A stretch of DNA of 64,000 nucleotides, taken from an uncultured virus (IMG/VR IMGVR_UViG_3300028746_000001). Taxonomy: Duplodnaviria > Heunggongvirae > Uroviricota > Caudoviricetes. Position 1 is the first letter of the stretch; each line of letters begins with the position of its first letter. The position numbers and the translations under genes were made by a program. The stretch lies in IMG/VR virus record IMGVR_UViG_3300028746_000001, one strand, 5' to 3'. Below, in pieces: positions 9,871-20,186 of this stretch. The notes under the pieces are model-generated. The model did not search any database, was not told the origin of the DNA, and saw only the letters and a list, made by a program, of their open reading frames with translations.

Positions 9871-11463
9871 ATGAAAGTAAAAATTCGCAAGCCGAACATT
9901 CAGGTTCTGCTGCATAAGGTGGTGACGCGCACGAGCGCGACCGGAAGCGCTCAAGTCAATGCGACGCAGAGCCAGTCATCGCTGGCTGGGCCGCCGAGTC
10001 AATCTGATTCGGCAAAGAACATTTACGACCTCACGACATGGCTCGGCGAAGGCTCCGTCGTGCGCGTGCAGAAGTCCGTGCGCGCTTCTGCTGGCGCGTT
10101 CTCTATTTCGTTTGTCGATCAGGTCATGAATGGGCTGAAGGACACGCTCTACGCGCTTATTGAGCCGATGGACATGATTGAGATTCGCTTTGCTGGCGAC
10201 TCCTACAAATATTCGGGAGCGACCGGGCAGAAGCTGCCAGTCATGATGCGCGGTTTCGTGGCTGACATTCAGCGCGACCAGAGCATGGGGGCTGATGGAA
10301 AGCCGCGCCGCACGATTCACGTGACCGGCCACGACTACCATAAGATTCTGCAGATTATCCAGATTTTCAACATGCCCGCGACGCCCGACGTGGCGAACCT
10401 TATTTCGAGTTTCCCGCTGTTTTCGAAGTATGGGCCCGAACTTAATGTGCAGACTACGACGGCCTTCGTTCAAGCCGTCTTCGACTTGATCGTCAACCCG
10501 TATATCGCTGGCATGCAGCAGGCGGGCGCGACTTCCGGCACCGCGCTGGCAGAGGTTGCGACCGACATTCAAGTCCCCGATGCGCTCGTCTCGGTGCAGC
10601 TTGGAGCATTCAATAACGGGACGGTGCAGCAGCTTCTCGAACAGTATCTCGACCTCGGGCCCTTCAACGAGTTCTTTATTGAGGATCGCGATGCAGGCGT
10701 ATGGGGACCTGCTGGTCCGTATGCCGTCTATCGTCCTACCCCGTTCTTGGATGCGGCACAGCGGCTTACGCTTCAACCCATTCAGTCGTCGGTAACGAGC
10801 GGCATAGATCCGTCTAGCGACTTTGCCCCGACGGCGAATTGTGTATCTATTGGCGTCAACTCGATCATATCCATTAGCGCGCGCCGTTCGGACGCAGGGG
10901 TAGCAAACTACTTTTGGGTAGATGCGCCGCGGTTCACCATGAATTATGACGATCTGACAAAAATGTTCGCAACGTACGCATCGCAGCAGGGCGCGACGCC
11001 GTACTACATCCAGAACTATCAAAACGTCAACCCGCTGCTATACGGCCTTCGCAAGATGGAAGTGTCCACGCAGCAGGGCGGTGCGACCGAGACCAATGCT
11101 GGCAACGGGACGCCGGCTGGCGATGCGCGCTGGGCGAATCAAAATGCCTTCCTCACGTGGATCGACAATCGCCGCAATCTCCTGACGACCCTCAATCAGG
11201 ACAACGTCGTTCTGGAGAGCGGCGCGATGCATCTTGAGGGCCATGAAAAGATTCGCGCCGGGACGTACGTGCAGATCAACTATGGCGACCAGATCCAGTC
11301 GCTGCATTACGCCCATTCGGTGGTGCACACGTACGAGCCGTTCGGAAACTACTTCACAGAAGTTGACTACGAGCGAGGCACTAACTTCATCGACCGCATA
11401 ACGGCTGCGCAAAGCAGCGGGTCGCCGTACTTTTCCGAAATGCTGACGCCAGGGAGCCAGTAA
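9871..11463 (+). CDS. Baseplate hub protein (putative)
   Basis: 530 aa between tape measure and spike; IEPMDMIEIR and G.EKIRAG motifs. Confidence 0.65.
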   Translation: MKVKIRKPNIQVLLHKVVTRTSATGSAQVNATQSQSSLAGPPSQSDSAKNIYDLTTWLGEGSVVRVQKSVRASAGAFSISFVDQVMNGLKDTLYALIEPMDMIEIRFAGDSYKYSGATGQKLPVMMRGFVADIQRDQSMGADGKPRRTIHVTGHDYHKILQIIQIFNMPATPDVANLISSFPLFSKYGPELNVQTTTAFVQAVFDLIVNPYIAGMQQAGATSGTALAEVATDIQVPDALVSVQLGAFNNGTVQQLLEQYLDLGPFNEFFIEDRDAGVWGPAGPYAVYRPTPFLDAAQRLTLQPIQSSVTSGIDPSSDFAPTANCVSIGVNSIISISARRSDAGVANYFWVDAPRFTMNYDDLTKMFATYASQQGATPYYIQNYQNVNPLLYGLRKMEVSTQQGGATETNAGNGTPAGDARWANQNAFLTWIDNRRNLLTTLNQDNVVLESGAMHLEGHEKIRAGTYVQINYGDQIQSLHYAHSVVHTYEPFGNYFTEVDYERGTNFIDRITAAQSSGSPYFSEMLTPGSQ

Positions 11464-12368
11464 TGCAGGGGCAAGCGCTTGGCATCGTAGTTGCCGTCTA
11501 CCCGGAAGGGAACAGTATCGACGTGCTTATGCCGAAGACGGGCGACCGGCTGACAAACGTGCAGTGCGCCGCTCACACGGGCAGTTCAGACACGGGCATC
11601 GTGGATCTGCCAGAGATTGGCCTGCCGGTGGACGACACGCGCTGGACGCTGCCAATCATTCAGCAGGCAGCGCGGTATATTCGCGCTATCGTCTGGAATG
11701 TGGACGGCATGCCTATCTGCATGGGCTTCCTGCTGCCGCAGCTTACTCAGTTGACATTTAAGCGGGACAATTTCCGCATCAATCGCCATGCCTCGGACGT
11801 GTACAGCACGACTAGCGGGAATGGCGACCATGAATGGTCTCACCCCAGCGGCACCTACTTTCGCGTGGGTGCATCGCCTGCTCACGAGGACCTGACGAAT
11901 CAGGACGTAGATCAGTCGTGGGCCATCAAGCAGAACAAGGCTGCCGCTCCATGGGTCAACCTGACGGTGGCGAATGCCGGCGCGGTGGTTGCGAATATCC
12001 AGGTCGATCCTAGCGGGAACATCAACATCGAGCACAACGGGAACCTGACTGTCAACACGAAGGGCAACGCCAACGTGACGGTGGACGGAACAACTGAGGT
12101 TACGTCTGAAGGCGCGGTAACGGTCAACGCGAGCGCAGGAACGACTCACAACGGGCCGCTCACGGTCAATGGCCTGCTTACCTTCACGGAGGGAATGGAG
12201 GGGTCTGGAGGCTCAGGAAACACAATGAGCCTGACCGGCGACATTGGCGTTACCGGGACGATTACCTCAACCGGGGACCAAGTCGCAGGCAACGTTTCGC
12301 AGATCAACCACGAGCACACGTCAGAATCGCCCGGCTCGCCGACAAGTCCGCCTATCGCGGGGACGTAA
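11463..12368 (+). CDS. Baseplate central spike (gpV-like)
   Basis: OB-fold-like N-terminus, beta-helix repeats, C-terminal HEH metal motif and TSPP. Confidence 0.85.
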   Translation: MQGQALGIVVAVYPEGNSIDVLMPKTGDRLTNVQCAAHTGSSDTGIVDLPEIGLPVDDTRWTLPIIQQAARYIRAIVWNVDGMPICMGFLLPQLTQLTFKRDNFRINRHASDVYSTTSGNGDHEWSHPSGTYFRVGASPAHEDLTNQDVDQSWAIKQNKAAAPWVNLTVANAGAVVANIQVDPSGNINIEHNGNLTVNTKGNANVTVDGTTEVTSEGAVTVNASAGTTHNGPLTVNGLLTFTEGMEGSGGSGNTMSLTGDIGVTGTITSTGDQVAGNVSQINHEHTSESPGSPTSPPIAGT

Positions 12369-12370
12369 TG

Positions 12371-12400
12371 AAAAAGGCCCCGCGTGCGAAGGGGCCTTTT
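12371..12400. terminator. Bidirectional terminator
   Basis: AAAAAGGCCCC-loop-GGGGCCTTTT between convergent genes. Confidence 0.8.
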
Positions 12401-12417
12401 ATATGTTCGACAGACGT

Positions 12418-13011
12418 TTAGCTACCCGCTTCTGCGCCGATCTTCTTGGCAAGATATTTGTTTAAATTCGCTACCATCGTGTCGATATTAGCCGCGCGCT
12501 TTGACTTATCCAAAAGGTCGCCGCAATACCCGTTGTAGGCCGTGTCTCCACCAAAGACGACACACAGGTTATCCATGGCAGTTTGGCGAGAGTAGTCGGT
12601 GTAATCGTTGGACCCTTGATATGAAATCTCAATATCAATCGGCTCGCTCATTCCTGACGGCTGCGCTCGCGCATAAACGCACCCTGATGCCCTACACATG
12701 TGATTCAGGTACACCAGCTTGCCGCCGTACGCAGACTTTGTTACGGGCGCATCCCCCGAAAACTTAACGACGCTGAACTTGATTCCAGCCGCCTGCGCCT
12801 TTTGGAACCAAGTGGCAAACGCCTCCTGAATCAACAGCGACGCTTGCGTGTGAATGAAGTCGGATACGGCTGGTGCGTTCTCGGCCTTCGCGCTTCCTGA
12901 CTGGACATTCGAAACGGCCTTGGTTTGCGCCGCAACCGCCCGGGCGAGTTCGTCCGCGTGAGCGGCGAAAGATGCGACGACCAAGATGGCCGCAACGATG
13001 AGCTTTTTCAC
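12418..13011 (-). CDS. Exported protein (moron) inserted in the tail module
   Basis: Signal peptide MKKLIVAAILVVASFAAHA; opposite strand; own promoter and terminator. Confidence 0.8.
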   Translation of the reverse strand: MKKLIVAAILVVASFAAHADELARAVAAQTKAVSNVQSGSAKAENAPAVSDFIHTQASLLIQEAFATWFQKAQAAGIKFSVVKFSGDAPVTKSAYGGKLVYLNHMCRASGCVYARAQPSGMSEPIDIEISYQGSNDYTDYSRQTAMDNLCVVFGGDTAYNGYCGDLLDKSKRAANIDTMVANLNKYLAKKIGAEAGS

Positions 13012-13116
13012 TATTTCCCCGATTCTGTAGTTGGTTGAAGCGCGATCGCAATAATATGCGCACCAAGCAGAAAGTCAAGAGGTATTTTTAGATCGTCGTG
13101 ACGCCATGCTCGTTGC

Positions 13117-14322
13117 ATGAGCACGCCATTCGTCCCTCTCTCGTTTGCAATGCCGTCCATCCCGGCCGCGTTGCAGGCGCTGAATCCGCCCCCCTCGCAG
13201 AAGCCGGGCGATTGCCCTATCAGCTTCACGCTTGACGACCTATCGACTGGCGCGTCCCCGGTAGTGCTTCCTCTGAACATCCGCCCGGAAGAACTGACTC
13301 GCACGGAAATGTCTCGCGTGTCGGTGCAGCAGACCCTCGGCGGGGCGTTCGCGGACGAGTTCGGGGCGGGCCTGACGCAGATCAATATAAGCGGGAATAC
13401 CGGTTGGCGCGGGTTCAATGGCGTTGACGGCATGGCGTTCTTTCAGCAGCTTCGCGCGGCCTCATTCACGAACTGGCACTCGCTTCGCAACCAGGCGATG
13501 CAGAAGGGTCTCGACCCGAACCTCGTGCAACTGATTTTCACGGACGCGCTCAACTCGACCATCGACGTTGTTATTCCGATGAACTTCACGCTGCGCCGCT
13601 CGCGCTCGCGGCCGCTGCTGTGCATGTACCAAATTTCGATGATCGGACTCGGCGACAATCCGGCTCCAGGTCAGGGCTCAGGTGGCTGGCTGTCGGGCCT
13701 CATTCAATCGCTGGGCCTGCAGAGCGTGGTTGCCGCCGTCAAACAGATCGCCGGGGCCATCTCCTCGGCTGTCAACTTTATTCAGGCTGACATCCTTGCG
13801 CCGATCACGGCTTTCATGCAGACGGCCTGCTCAGTCTTCAATATGGCAGTCGCGATTGTAGAGACCCCGGCCGCGCTGGTGAGTCTCGTTACTGGCGTGG
13901 CTCAGTCGATCGCGCAAGTCGGTTTCAACATGTTCGCGACGCTGGCCTCAGTAACGTCCAATGCAGCGAACGTGACCGGAAGCCTTATGCAGGTGCAGGC
14001 GGCTTTTTCGGACGTGTCCTGCGTCTTCGCCAACGCTATCGCGCAAGGGCAGACCTATCCCGTCTACACGGGCCTCTACGGTGCGAGCAACTGCTCGTCT
14101 ACGGTCCCGGGATCGTCCCCGCAGAGCCAATACACGTTGAACGACACGAACCCGTTCTACGACGTTATGGGCACGAATACCCCGCCTCCGATTCAGGTGA
14201 GTCCGGCTGCACAGCAGGCCATCCAAACCATCCTCTACACCGACCCGGTTCTCTCGGCCTTGACTCCGCAGCAACTCGCAACGCTGGCGGCCTCGATCAC
14301 TAACGGTATTTCGGTGACCTGA
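13117..14322 (+). CDS. Tail tube initiator/baseplate protein (putative)
   Basis: PEEL..SVQQTLGGAFADEFG..INISGNTGW motif; position in the baseplate module. Confidence 0.55.
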   Translation: MSTPFVPLSFAMPSIPAALQALNPPPSQKPGDCPISFTLDDLSTGASPVVLPLNIRPEELTRTEMSRVSVQQTLGGAFADEFGAGLTQINISGNTGWRGFNGVDGMAFFQQLRAASFTNWHSLRNQAMQKGLDPNLVQLIFTDALNSTIDVVIPMNFTLRRSRSRPLLCMYQISMIGLGDNPAPGQGSGGWLSGLIQSLGLQSVVAAVKQIAGAISSAVNFIQADILAPITAFMQTACSVFNMAVAIVETPAALVSLVTGVAQSIAQVGFNMFATLASVTSNAANVTGSLMQVQAAFSDVSCVFANAIAQGQTYPVYTGLYGASNCSSTVPGSSPQSQYTLNDTNPFYDVMGTNTPPPIQVSPAAQQAIQTILYTDPVLSALTPQQLATLAASITNGISVT

Positions 14323-14942
14323 TGCCATCTATTTTCGATACGCCGCTTACCGGATACCGATTCGTCCAGACGCAGAACGGCGACTCGCTTCAGACCTTTG
14401 CCGCCCGCGTCATGGGGGATGCGTCGAATTGGGCTGTCCTTATCGGGATGAACGGCTTGATTCCGCCGTACCTGACGGACGATCCGGACTCGGTTGTAAC
14501 TGGCGTCGTCCTGAATGGCTCATTCCTGAAAATCCCTGCGGCGACGGCGCCCCCGTCAACCGACCAGGACGACGTATTCAAGACGGACGCGCTACTGAAC
14601 CCGGACGGCACTTTCGCGATTACAGAAAACGGTGACTTTGCGCTCGTATCTGGCGTTGCCAACCTCACGCAAGCCCTCGAAAACGCGCTCAACACCGACC
14701 AAGGTGAGCTGATCTATCACGGCGGCTACGGCTACCTCGGTCGCCGCTTGCTGGGCGCAAAGAACGGCCCCACTGCCGGGCTTCTCGCTGCCCGCTATGC
14801 GAAGCAGACCGTGTCGTCCGACTCGCGCATTTCGAGCGTGACCGACTCGACAGCGACTGTTTCCGGGACCGTGATTGCGACGGTTGTCCAAGCAGAAACG
14901 GTTGCTGGCACAACGGTGCCGGTATCAACCACGACATCGTAA
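14322..14942 (+). CDS. LysM-like + gp25-like baseplate wedge protein
   Basis: GDSLQTFAARVMGDASNW (LysM-like); GELIYHGGYG...DSRI (gp25-like). Confidence 0.75.
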   Translation: MPSIFDTPLTGYRFVQTQNGDSLQTFAARVMGDASNWAVLIGMNGLIPPYLTDDPDSVVTGVVLNGSFLKIPAATAPPSTDQDDVFKTDALLNPDGTFAITENGDFALVSGVANLTQALENALNTDQGELIYHGGYGYLGRRLLGAKNGPTAGLLAARYAKQTVSSDSRISSVTDSTATVSGTVIATVVQAETVAGTTVPVSTTTS

Positions 14943-14951
14943 GGAATTCGA

Positions 14952-16106
14952 ATGTTTCAGTTGAAAAATTTTGCGTCCATCGTCAATTCGATGGTGAACC
15001 GGATGAAGGCGACGCAGAGCAAGGTTACTGACTACAACGTCGGCGCCGTCGCGCGCACGCTCGTGGAAGCGCCGGCCGCAGAGATTGACGAGCTTTACCA
15101 GCAAATGTTCAACGGGCTGCAGGAAGCCATCCCGGTTGCGGTGTTCAACTCGTTTAACTTCCCAGCACTCCAGGCACAGTCAGCGTCCGGTCTTGTGCAG
15201 GTGACGATCGCCTCGCAGCCGACGGCTGTCTTGGTTTCGGCAGGCACGGCCTTCACGCCGACCGGGACGAGCAGCAACGTCTATCAGTCCGCGGCGGACG
15301 TGGTTATCCCGGCTGGAAGCACGACGGTCAATATTCAGGTTGCATGCACGGTCACGGGTTCGACTGGCAATTTGCCGCAGAATCAGACCTTCGCTCTGTC
15401 GCCACAACCTACCGGTTTCGTCGGCGCAGTAAATGCGAACTCGTTTGTCAATGGGCAGAACGCGGAAACGCCTGCCGAGCAGCTTATCCGTTTCAATAAT
15501 TACATCTCGACTCTCGCTCGCGGGACCGTCGCGGCTCTGTCTTATGGTCTCTCCACCGTCAATCTGACGGATGCGATGGGGAACATCACGGAAAAGGTCG
15601 CGCTATCGCTGATTGACGAGCCATACACGTACGACGCTACAAAGCCGATAGCGCTTGTCAACTGCTACATCCACAACGGCGTGGGCGGCACGTCGGGAGC
15701 GCTGCTCGCGCAGGCGGTCAACGTCATCGCGGGCTACGTGAATGCACTGGGAACGAAGATCCCGGGGTATAAGGCCGCTGGCGTAAAGACGAACGTCTTT
15801 ATCGCGACTGAGGTCCCGCTCCCGGTGACGGCCACGGTGACAATCGCGCCGGGATACGTGTGGAGCAACATCCAGCCGCTTGTTTCTGCCGCGATCTTCT
15901 CGTATCTGCAAGGACTGACCATCGGCAATAGCGGGAGCACTGTCGCCGGAACCGACCCCGTCGGAACGGCGGTGGCCGCTCAGATCAGCAAACTCGCCAT
16001 GAACATCCCTGGAGTGACGAACTACGTTTCGGCATTCACCGACACGCTCGCGGAGACCGGCAATAAGAACATGCCGGGCACGATCACGCTGACTCAGGGG
16101 ACCTAA
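14952..16106 (+). CDS. Baseplate J-like protein
   Basis: TDYNVGAVARTLVEA, G.NAET, ARGT and KAAGV motifs. Confidence 0.85.
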   Translation: MFQLKNFASIVNSMVNRMKATQSKVTDYNVGAVARTLVEAPAAEIDELYQQMFNGLQEAIPVAVFNSFNFPALQAQSASGLVQVTIASQPTAVLVSAGTAFTPTGTSSNVYQSAADVVIPAGSTTVNIQVACTVTGSTGNLPQNQTFALSPQPTGFVGAVNANSFVNGQNAETPAEQLIRFNNYISTLARGTVAALSYGLSTVNLTDAMGNITEKVALSLIDEPYTYDATKPIALVNCYIHNGVGGTSGALLAQAVNVIAGYVNALGTKIPGYKAAGVKTNVFIATEVPLPVTATVTIAPGYVWSNIQPLVSAAIFSYLQGLTIGNSGSTVAGTDPVGTAVAAQISKLAMNIPGVTNYVSAFTDTLAETGNKNMPGTITLTQGT

Positions 16107-17222
16107 ATGCAGCTTACACAAACCCTGCTTGGCTACCTGAATCGCGTCTTTAACAAAGACCCGGCACGCGTGCTCGCCATGTCGTTCAACCACGTCTATC
16201 CGATGTCGTGGCAGGTGCAGGATGGCGTCCTGACGACGCAGGTTCTCGACGGCGGCTACGGCGCGAACCTGACTATTGACCTGACTCAGTACACGTTTGC
16301 TCAACTCGTCAACTATATCGCTGCACAGCCGGGCTACGTCACGCCATACCTCGCGCCGTCAATGGCTGGCATCTCTGCGGCTGCGCTTTTGGACGCATCC
16401 GGGAGCGTCACTCCGAGCGACCTGCCGCAGCCCATGTATGCCTACACGAGCGTGTTGTGGGCGTACCTCGAATGCAATGCTGCAGAACTCGAACTCGCTG
16501 CCGCGCAGATCGCGAACCTGCCGGCGGAAATGAGCACAACTACGGCCGATACGATTTGGCTCGATGTGCTGGGGACCTATTACAAAGTCCCGCGTAACCC
16601 GGGCGAAGAGGATTCGGCATACGGTCCCCGCATCATTGCAAGTGTGCTTCGCCCGATGAGCAATAACGTCGCAATGGAACTCGCCATTACGACGTTCACG
16701 GGCCAAGACACAACCGTTACGGACGTGGTGCTGCCAGGCGTGACGGGGAATGTCTATAACGCCGACTTCATCCATAACGGGGCTATCCTTTATGACGCGG
16801 TTTCGACGCCCGTCTACGGGCTGTTTGACGTTGAGTATGGCTACGACATTATCAACGGCCAAGACCCGACTACGTTCGCGCAAACCATCACAGCGCTCAT
16901 CAACACGCTGCGCGCTGCCGGGGCACACCTGCGCGACCTATCGCTGATCGGATCGAACCTGAGCGATAGCCTGACGCCACCGACGGACTTGTTCTCGATG
17001 ATCGAAGTAGTCGCTCCGTTCGCTGACTCGCTGACGCAGCCGACGGATTCGATGTCGGTTATTAGTGTCAAGTCGGTGCCGTTTGCGGACGCGCTCGTGC
17101 CGCCAGACGACACGGATGGAATGGTACTGAGCATTCAATACAACTACGCGTATAACGGCGTCCGGACGCATAACGGAATCGCTACCTATGACAGTGGAAC
17201 GACGGAAGTAGACACGCTCTAA
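16107..17222 (+). CDS. Baseplate wedge / tail protein I-like
   Basis: WLDVLG.YY.VPR.PGEED.AY..RI motif. Confidence 0.7.
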   Translation: MQLTQTLLGYLNRVFNKDPARVLAMSFNHVYPMSWQVQDGVLTTQVLDGGYGANLTIDLTQYTFAQLVNYIAAQPGYVTPYLAPSMAGISAAALLDASGSVTPSDLPQPMYAYTSVLWAYLECNAAELELAAAQIANLPAEMSTTTADTIWLDVLGTYYKVPRNPGEEDSAYGPRIIASVLRPMSNNVAMELAITTFTGQDTTVTDVVLPGVTGNVYNADFIHNGAILYDAVSTPVYGLFDVEYGYDIINGQDPTTFAQTITALINTLRAAGAHLRDLSLIGSNLSDSLTPPTDLFSMIEVVAPFADSLTQPTDSMSVISVKSVPFADALVPPDDTDGMVLSIQYNYAYNGVRTHNGIATYDSGTTEVDTL

Positions 17223-17278
17223 TCGATGTGTCGTGACGCGAGACTGGTCCTCATCTACTAGAGAGGGTCAGTCTGACC

Positions 17279-17767
17279 ATGCAACTTAATGAGCGTATCA
17301 AGCGCGCCCTTGCGGGCTTCGCGCTTCACGACACCCTGAAGCCGCCGACCGGCAGGCTGGTCTATGACGTTCGCCGCGGCGGCAAGCTCATTGAGCATGT
17401 TGACGACAACAACCTGATCGTTATCGGCTCGCAGCCCACGCACGCCGCGCTGCTCGGCGGAAACGTAGCGAACAACTCCGTCACCAAGTTCGGCGTCGGC
17501 ACGAACGCGACCGCGCCAGTCTTCGGCAATACGGGCCTGACAGGTCAATACGCGAACGCGCTTACGGGCGTGAGCTATCCGGCCAGCAACCAGGTCCAGT
17601 TCTCTTTCGCGATGGGCTCGGCAGACGTTTCCGCATTCGGCATGGCGATTTCCGAATTCGGCCTTCTGACTCAATCTGGCGTCCTGTACGCGCGCAAGAC
17701 GCGCACGCAGCCCCTCAACTTTGCAAGCGATATCGCATTCAGCGGTACGTGGACCATTTCCTTCTAA
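17279..17767 (+). CDS. Tail fibre attachment/collar protein
   Basis: NLIV, GVGT, ISEFGL...LYARK motifs. Confidence 0.65.
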   Translation: MQLNERIKRALAGFALHDTLKPPTGRLVYDVRRGGKLIEHVDDNNLIVIGSQPTHAALLGGNVANNSVTKFGVGTNATAPVFGNTGLTGQYANALTGVSYPASNQVQFSFAMGSADVSAFGMAISEFGLLTQSGVLYARKTRTQPLNFASDIAFSGTWTISF

Positions 17768-17777
17768 GGGGTGAAGC

Positions 17778-19736
17778 GTGACCGCTGCCGTACTTCCGGA
17801 AATTAATAATTACGACCTTACGGTCTACCAGATTCAGCTTTCCGATCCGGTGCAGGGATACAACCCCGCCAATCCGAACACCGCGGCGAATCAGGGGCTG
17901 TCAAACCAAGCCGCGCTGAATCTCGCGAACCGCACGAACTGGCTTTACAACACCATCAATAGCATCCTCGATGGGGGTGTCGTTCCGACCGGTCTCGCGC
18001 CGCTGCTTAGCCCGGAATTTGAGGGAACCCCGACTGCGCCTACCGCGCCGCTCGGTGACAACTCGCTGAAGCTGTCCACGACTGCGTTTGTGCAGGGCAC
18101 TCTTGCTGGCGTGCTCGCGCTGAGCGTCGCGGGTGGCACGAACGTGGCCCTGAGCGCCGTGCAGGCTGGTAACGGCATCCTGAATTTCACTGGCGGTCTG
18201 ACGGCGAACATTGCAGTCATCCTGCCGAGCACGTCGGGCAAGTGGATCGTTGCAAACAACACGACTGGCGCGTTCTCGCTGACGGTGAAGACCGCGGCGG
18301 GGACTGGTGTGGCCGTGACGCAGGGCAAGTTCGTTGAGATCTTCGGCGACGGCACGAACGTCTATCTCGCGACGAACGACTTCTCGAATATCCAGCTTAC
18401 GGGCGTATCTACTTCGACCACGCCTCCTGTCGGCGATCAGACGACGAAGATTGCGACGACGGCATTCGCATACCAACTGAAGAACGGCGTTATCCCTGTC
18501 CCGGTCGGCGGCGGTGCAAACGTCGCCCTGACGCCCGCGCAGTACGGCAACGGGATTCTGCTATTGCAGGGCGCTCTGACGGCGGCCATCGAGGTCATCA
18601 TCCCGGCGCAGGGCGGCCAGTACGTGGTTGCAAATGAAACCACTGGCGCGTTCGGTTTGACGATGGGCTGCGGTGGCGCTGGCACGACGGCGACCATCCC
18701 GCAAGGGCAGTCGGTTATTGTCTACTGCGACGGCACGAACACCGTTCTGGCGGGCGCTGCATCGTCTAGCTCGTTCGCTATCCACACCTTCACGGCGACG
18801 GCGGCACAGACCACGTTTGCCTGCTCGTACACGCCCGGCAACATCCTCGTCATCCAGAACGGATCGACGCTCGGCGCGACGGACTTCACGGCGACCGACG
18901 GTGCGAACGTAGTTCTGGCGACTGGCGCTAAAGTTGGCGACGGAGTCCAGGTAATCGCCTTCGCATCCTTCACGGTCGCCAACGCCGTGACGACCTCCGG
19001 CGCGACGATGATCGGCCCGATGAACCTAGTCGGCGGCGATACCGGCGTGACCGCAGCCCAGTTCGATGCAACTACGAAGTTGTCAACGAACGCTTTCGTG
19101 CAGCGTGCGCTTGGGAACTTTTCGAATCAGCCGCAATACAACACGAGCCAAGTCCTTAGTCCGGCGCAAGCAGGGAATCTGATCGTTGCGTACGGAACCG
19201 CCACGATGGGATTTACTCTTCCCCTCACTTCGACGGTCCCTCTCGGGGCTGCATATTACTTTTGGTCGAATAACACCAACGCCAGCGGTGTCACGATCGC
19301 CTGTTCTGGTTCCGACGTTTTCCAGGTGAATAGCGGCACTTCGACTGCTATAGCAATCAGGTCTGGCGATTCGTTCTTCATCGCGAAGGGCGGAAATGGG
19401 CAATGGATTGCATTTGGCGGGACCTTGCAGCTTGGTTCTTCTAGTCCGTTCGCTGCATCCGTCACTGCCAACGGCTATCAGAAGCTCCCTAGCGGGCTAA
19501 TTCTCCAGTGGGGAGTTTCCAGCAGCATGGTGGCTGGTGGCTTTGTCTCAGTAACGTTTCCTTTGGCCTTCCCAACCACTGTTTTAACGGGCGGGGCTTT
19601 CACTCCAATGTCGAGCGGAACCACTTCGACTCCCACGGCCGTAGGGGTGAATTACACCGGAAAAACAGGATTTACGCTTATTGCCCAAGGCCCCGGTGCT
19701 GTCGGTGCAACGCCATGGTTCGCATTGGGCTATTAA
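17778..19736 (+). CDS. Tail fibre protein
   Basis: LANRT N-terminal motif, repeated K(I/L)(A/S)T(T/N)AF motifs, C-terminal GYQKLPSGLILQWG...ALGY. Confidence 0.9.
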   Translation: MTAAVLPEINNYDLTVYQIQLSDPVQGYNPANPNTAANQGLSNQAALNLANRTNWLYNTINSILDGGVVPTGLAPLLSPEFEGTPTAPTAPLGDNSLKLSTTAFVQGTLAGVLALSVAGGTNVALSAVQAGNGILNFTGGLTANIAVILPSTSGKWIVANNTTGAFSLTVKTAAGTGVAVTQGKFVEIFGDGTNVYLATNDFSNIQLTGVSTSTTPPVGDQTTKIATTAFAYQLKNGVIPVPVGGGANVALTPAQYGNGILLLQGALTAAIEVIIPAQGGQYVVANETTGAFGLTMGCGGAGTTATIPQGQSVIVYCDGTNTVLAGAASSSSFAIHTFTATAAQTTFACSYTPGNILVIQNGSTLGATDFTATDGANVVLATGAKVGDGVQVIAFASFTVANAVTTSGATMIGPMNLVGGDTGVTAAQFDATTKLSTNAFVQRALGNFSNQPQYNTSQVLSPAQAGNLIVAYGTATMGFTLPLTSTVPLGAAYYFWSNNTNASGVTIACSGSDVFQVNSGTSTAIAIRSGDSFFIAKGGNGQWIAFGGTLQLGSSSPFAASVTANGYQKLPSGLILQWGVSSSMVAGGFVSVTFPLAFPTTVLTGGAFTPMSSGTTSTPTAVGVNYTGKTGFTLIAQGPGAVGATPWFALGY

Positions 19737-19745
19737 GGAAATATC

Positions 19746-20186
19746 ATGAGCCAAAAATACGCACACCTTAACGCCGATCGCTTTGTCATCGGCTTCTATA
19801 GCGACGAGTGGCACGGTGATTCAATTCCCGCTGGCGCAGTCGCTATCGATGACGAACACCACGTCGAATTGCTTGAGGGGCAGTCCGCTGGCAAGCGCAT
19901 GAAGCTGGATGACAAGGGCATGCCGCTTCTCGTTGATCCTGCGCCGCAGACTGTCGATGAACTCGCCGCGTCGATGCGCGTGCAACGCAATGCGGCTCTC
20001 GCAGAGAGCGATTGGCTTGTATCGCGTCACCAGGACGAATCGCTTTTCGCCGCGTCAACCACGTTGACGAAAGCGCAGGCCGCATCGCTCGGAGCGTACC
20101 GGAAGGCATTGCGCGATCTCCCGGCCTCGGAGGGCTTCCCTAGCGTCGCGCTGCCGGCTGCACCTGACTTCATTGGAGCCAAATAA
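19746..20186 (+). CDS. Tail fibre assembly chaperone
   Basis: GFY...LLEGQSAGK; RNAALAESDW...YRKALRDLP. Confidence 0.8.
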   Translation: MSQKYAHLNADRFVIGFYSDEWHGDSIPAGAVAIDDEHHVELLEGQSAGKRMKLDDKGMPLLVDPAPQTVDELAASMRVQRNAALAESDWLVSRHQDESLFAASTTLTKAQAASLGAYRKALRDLPASEGFPSVALPAAPDFIGAK

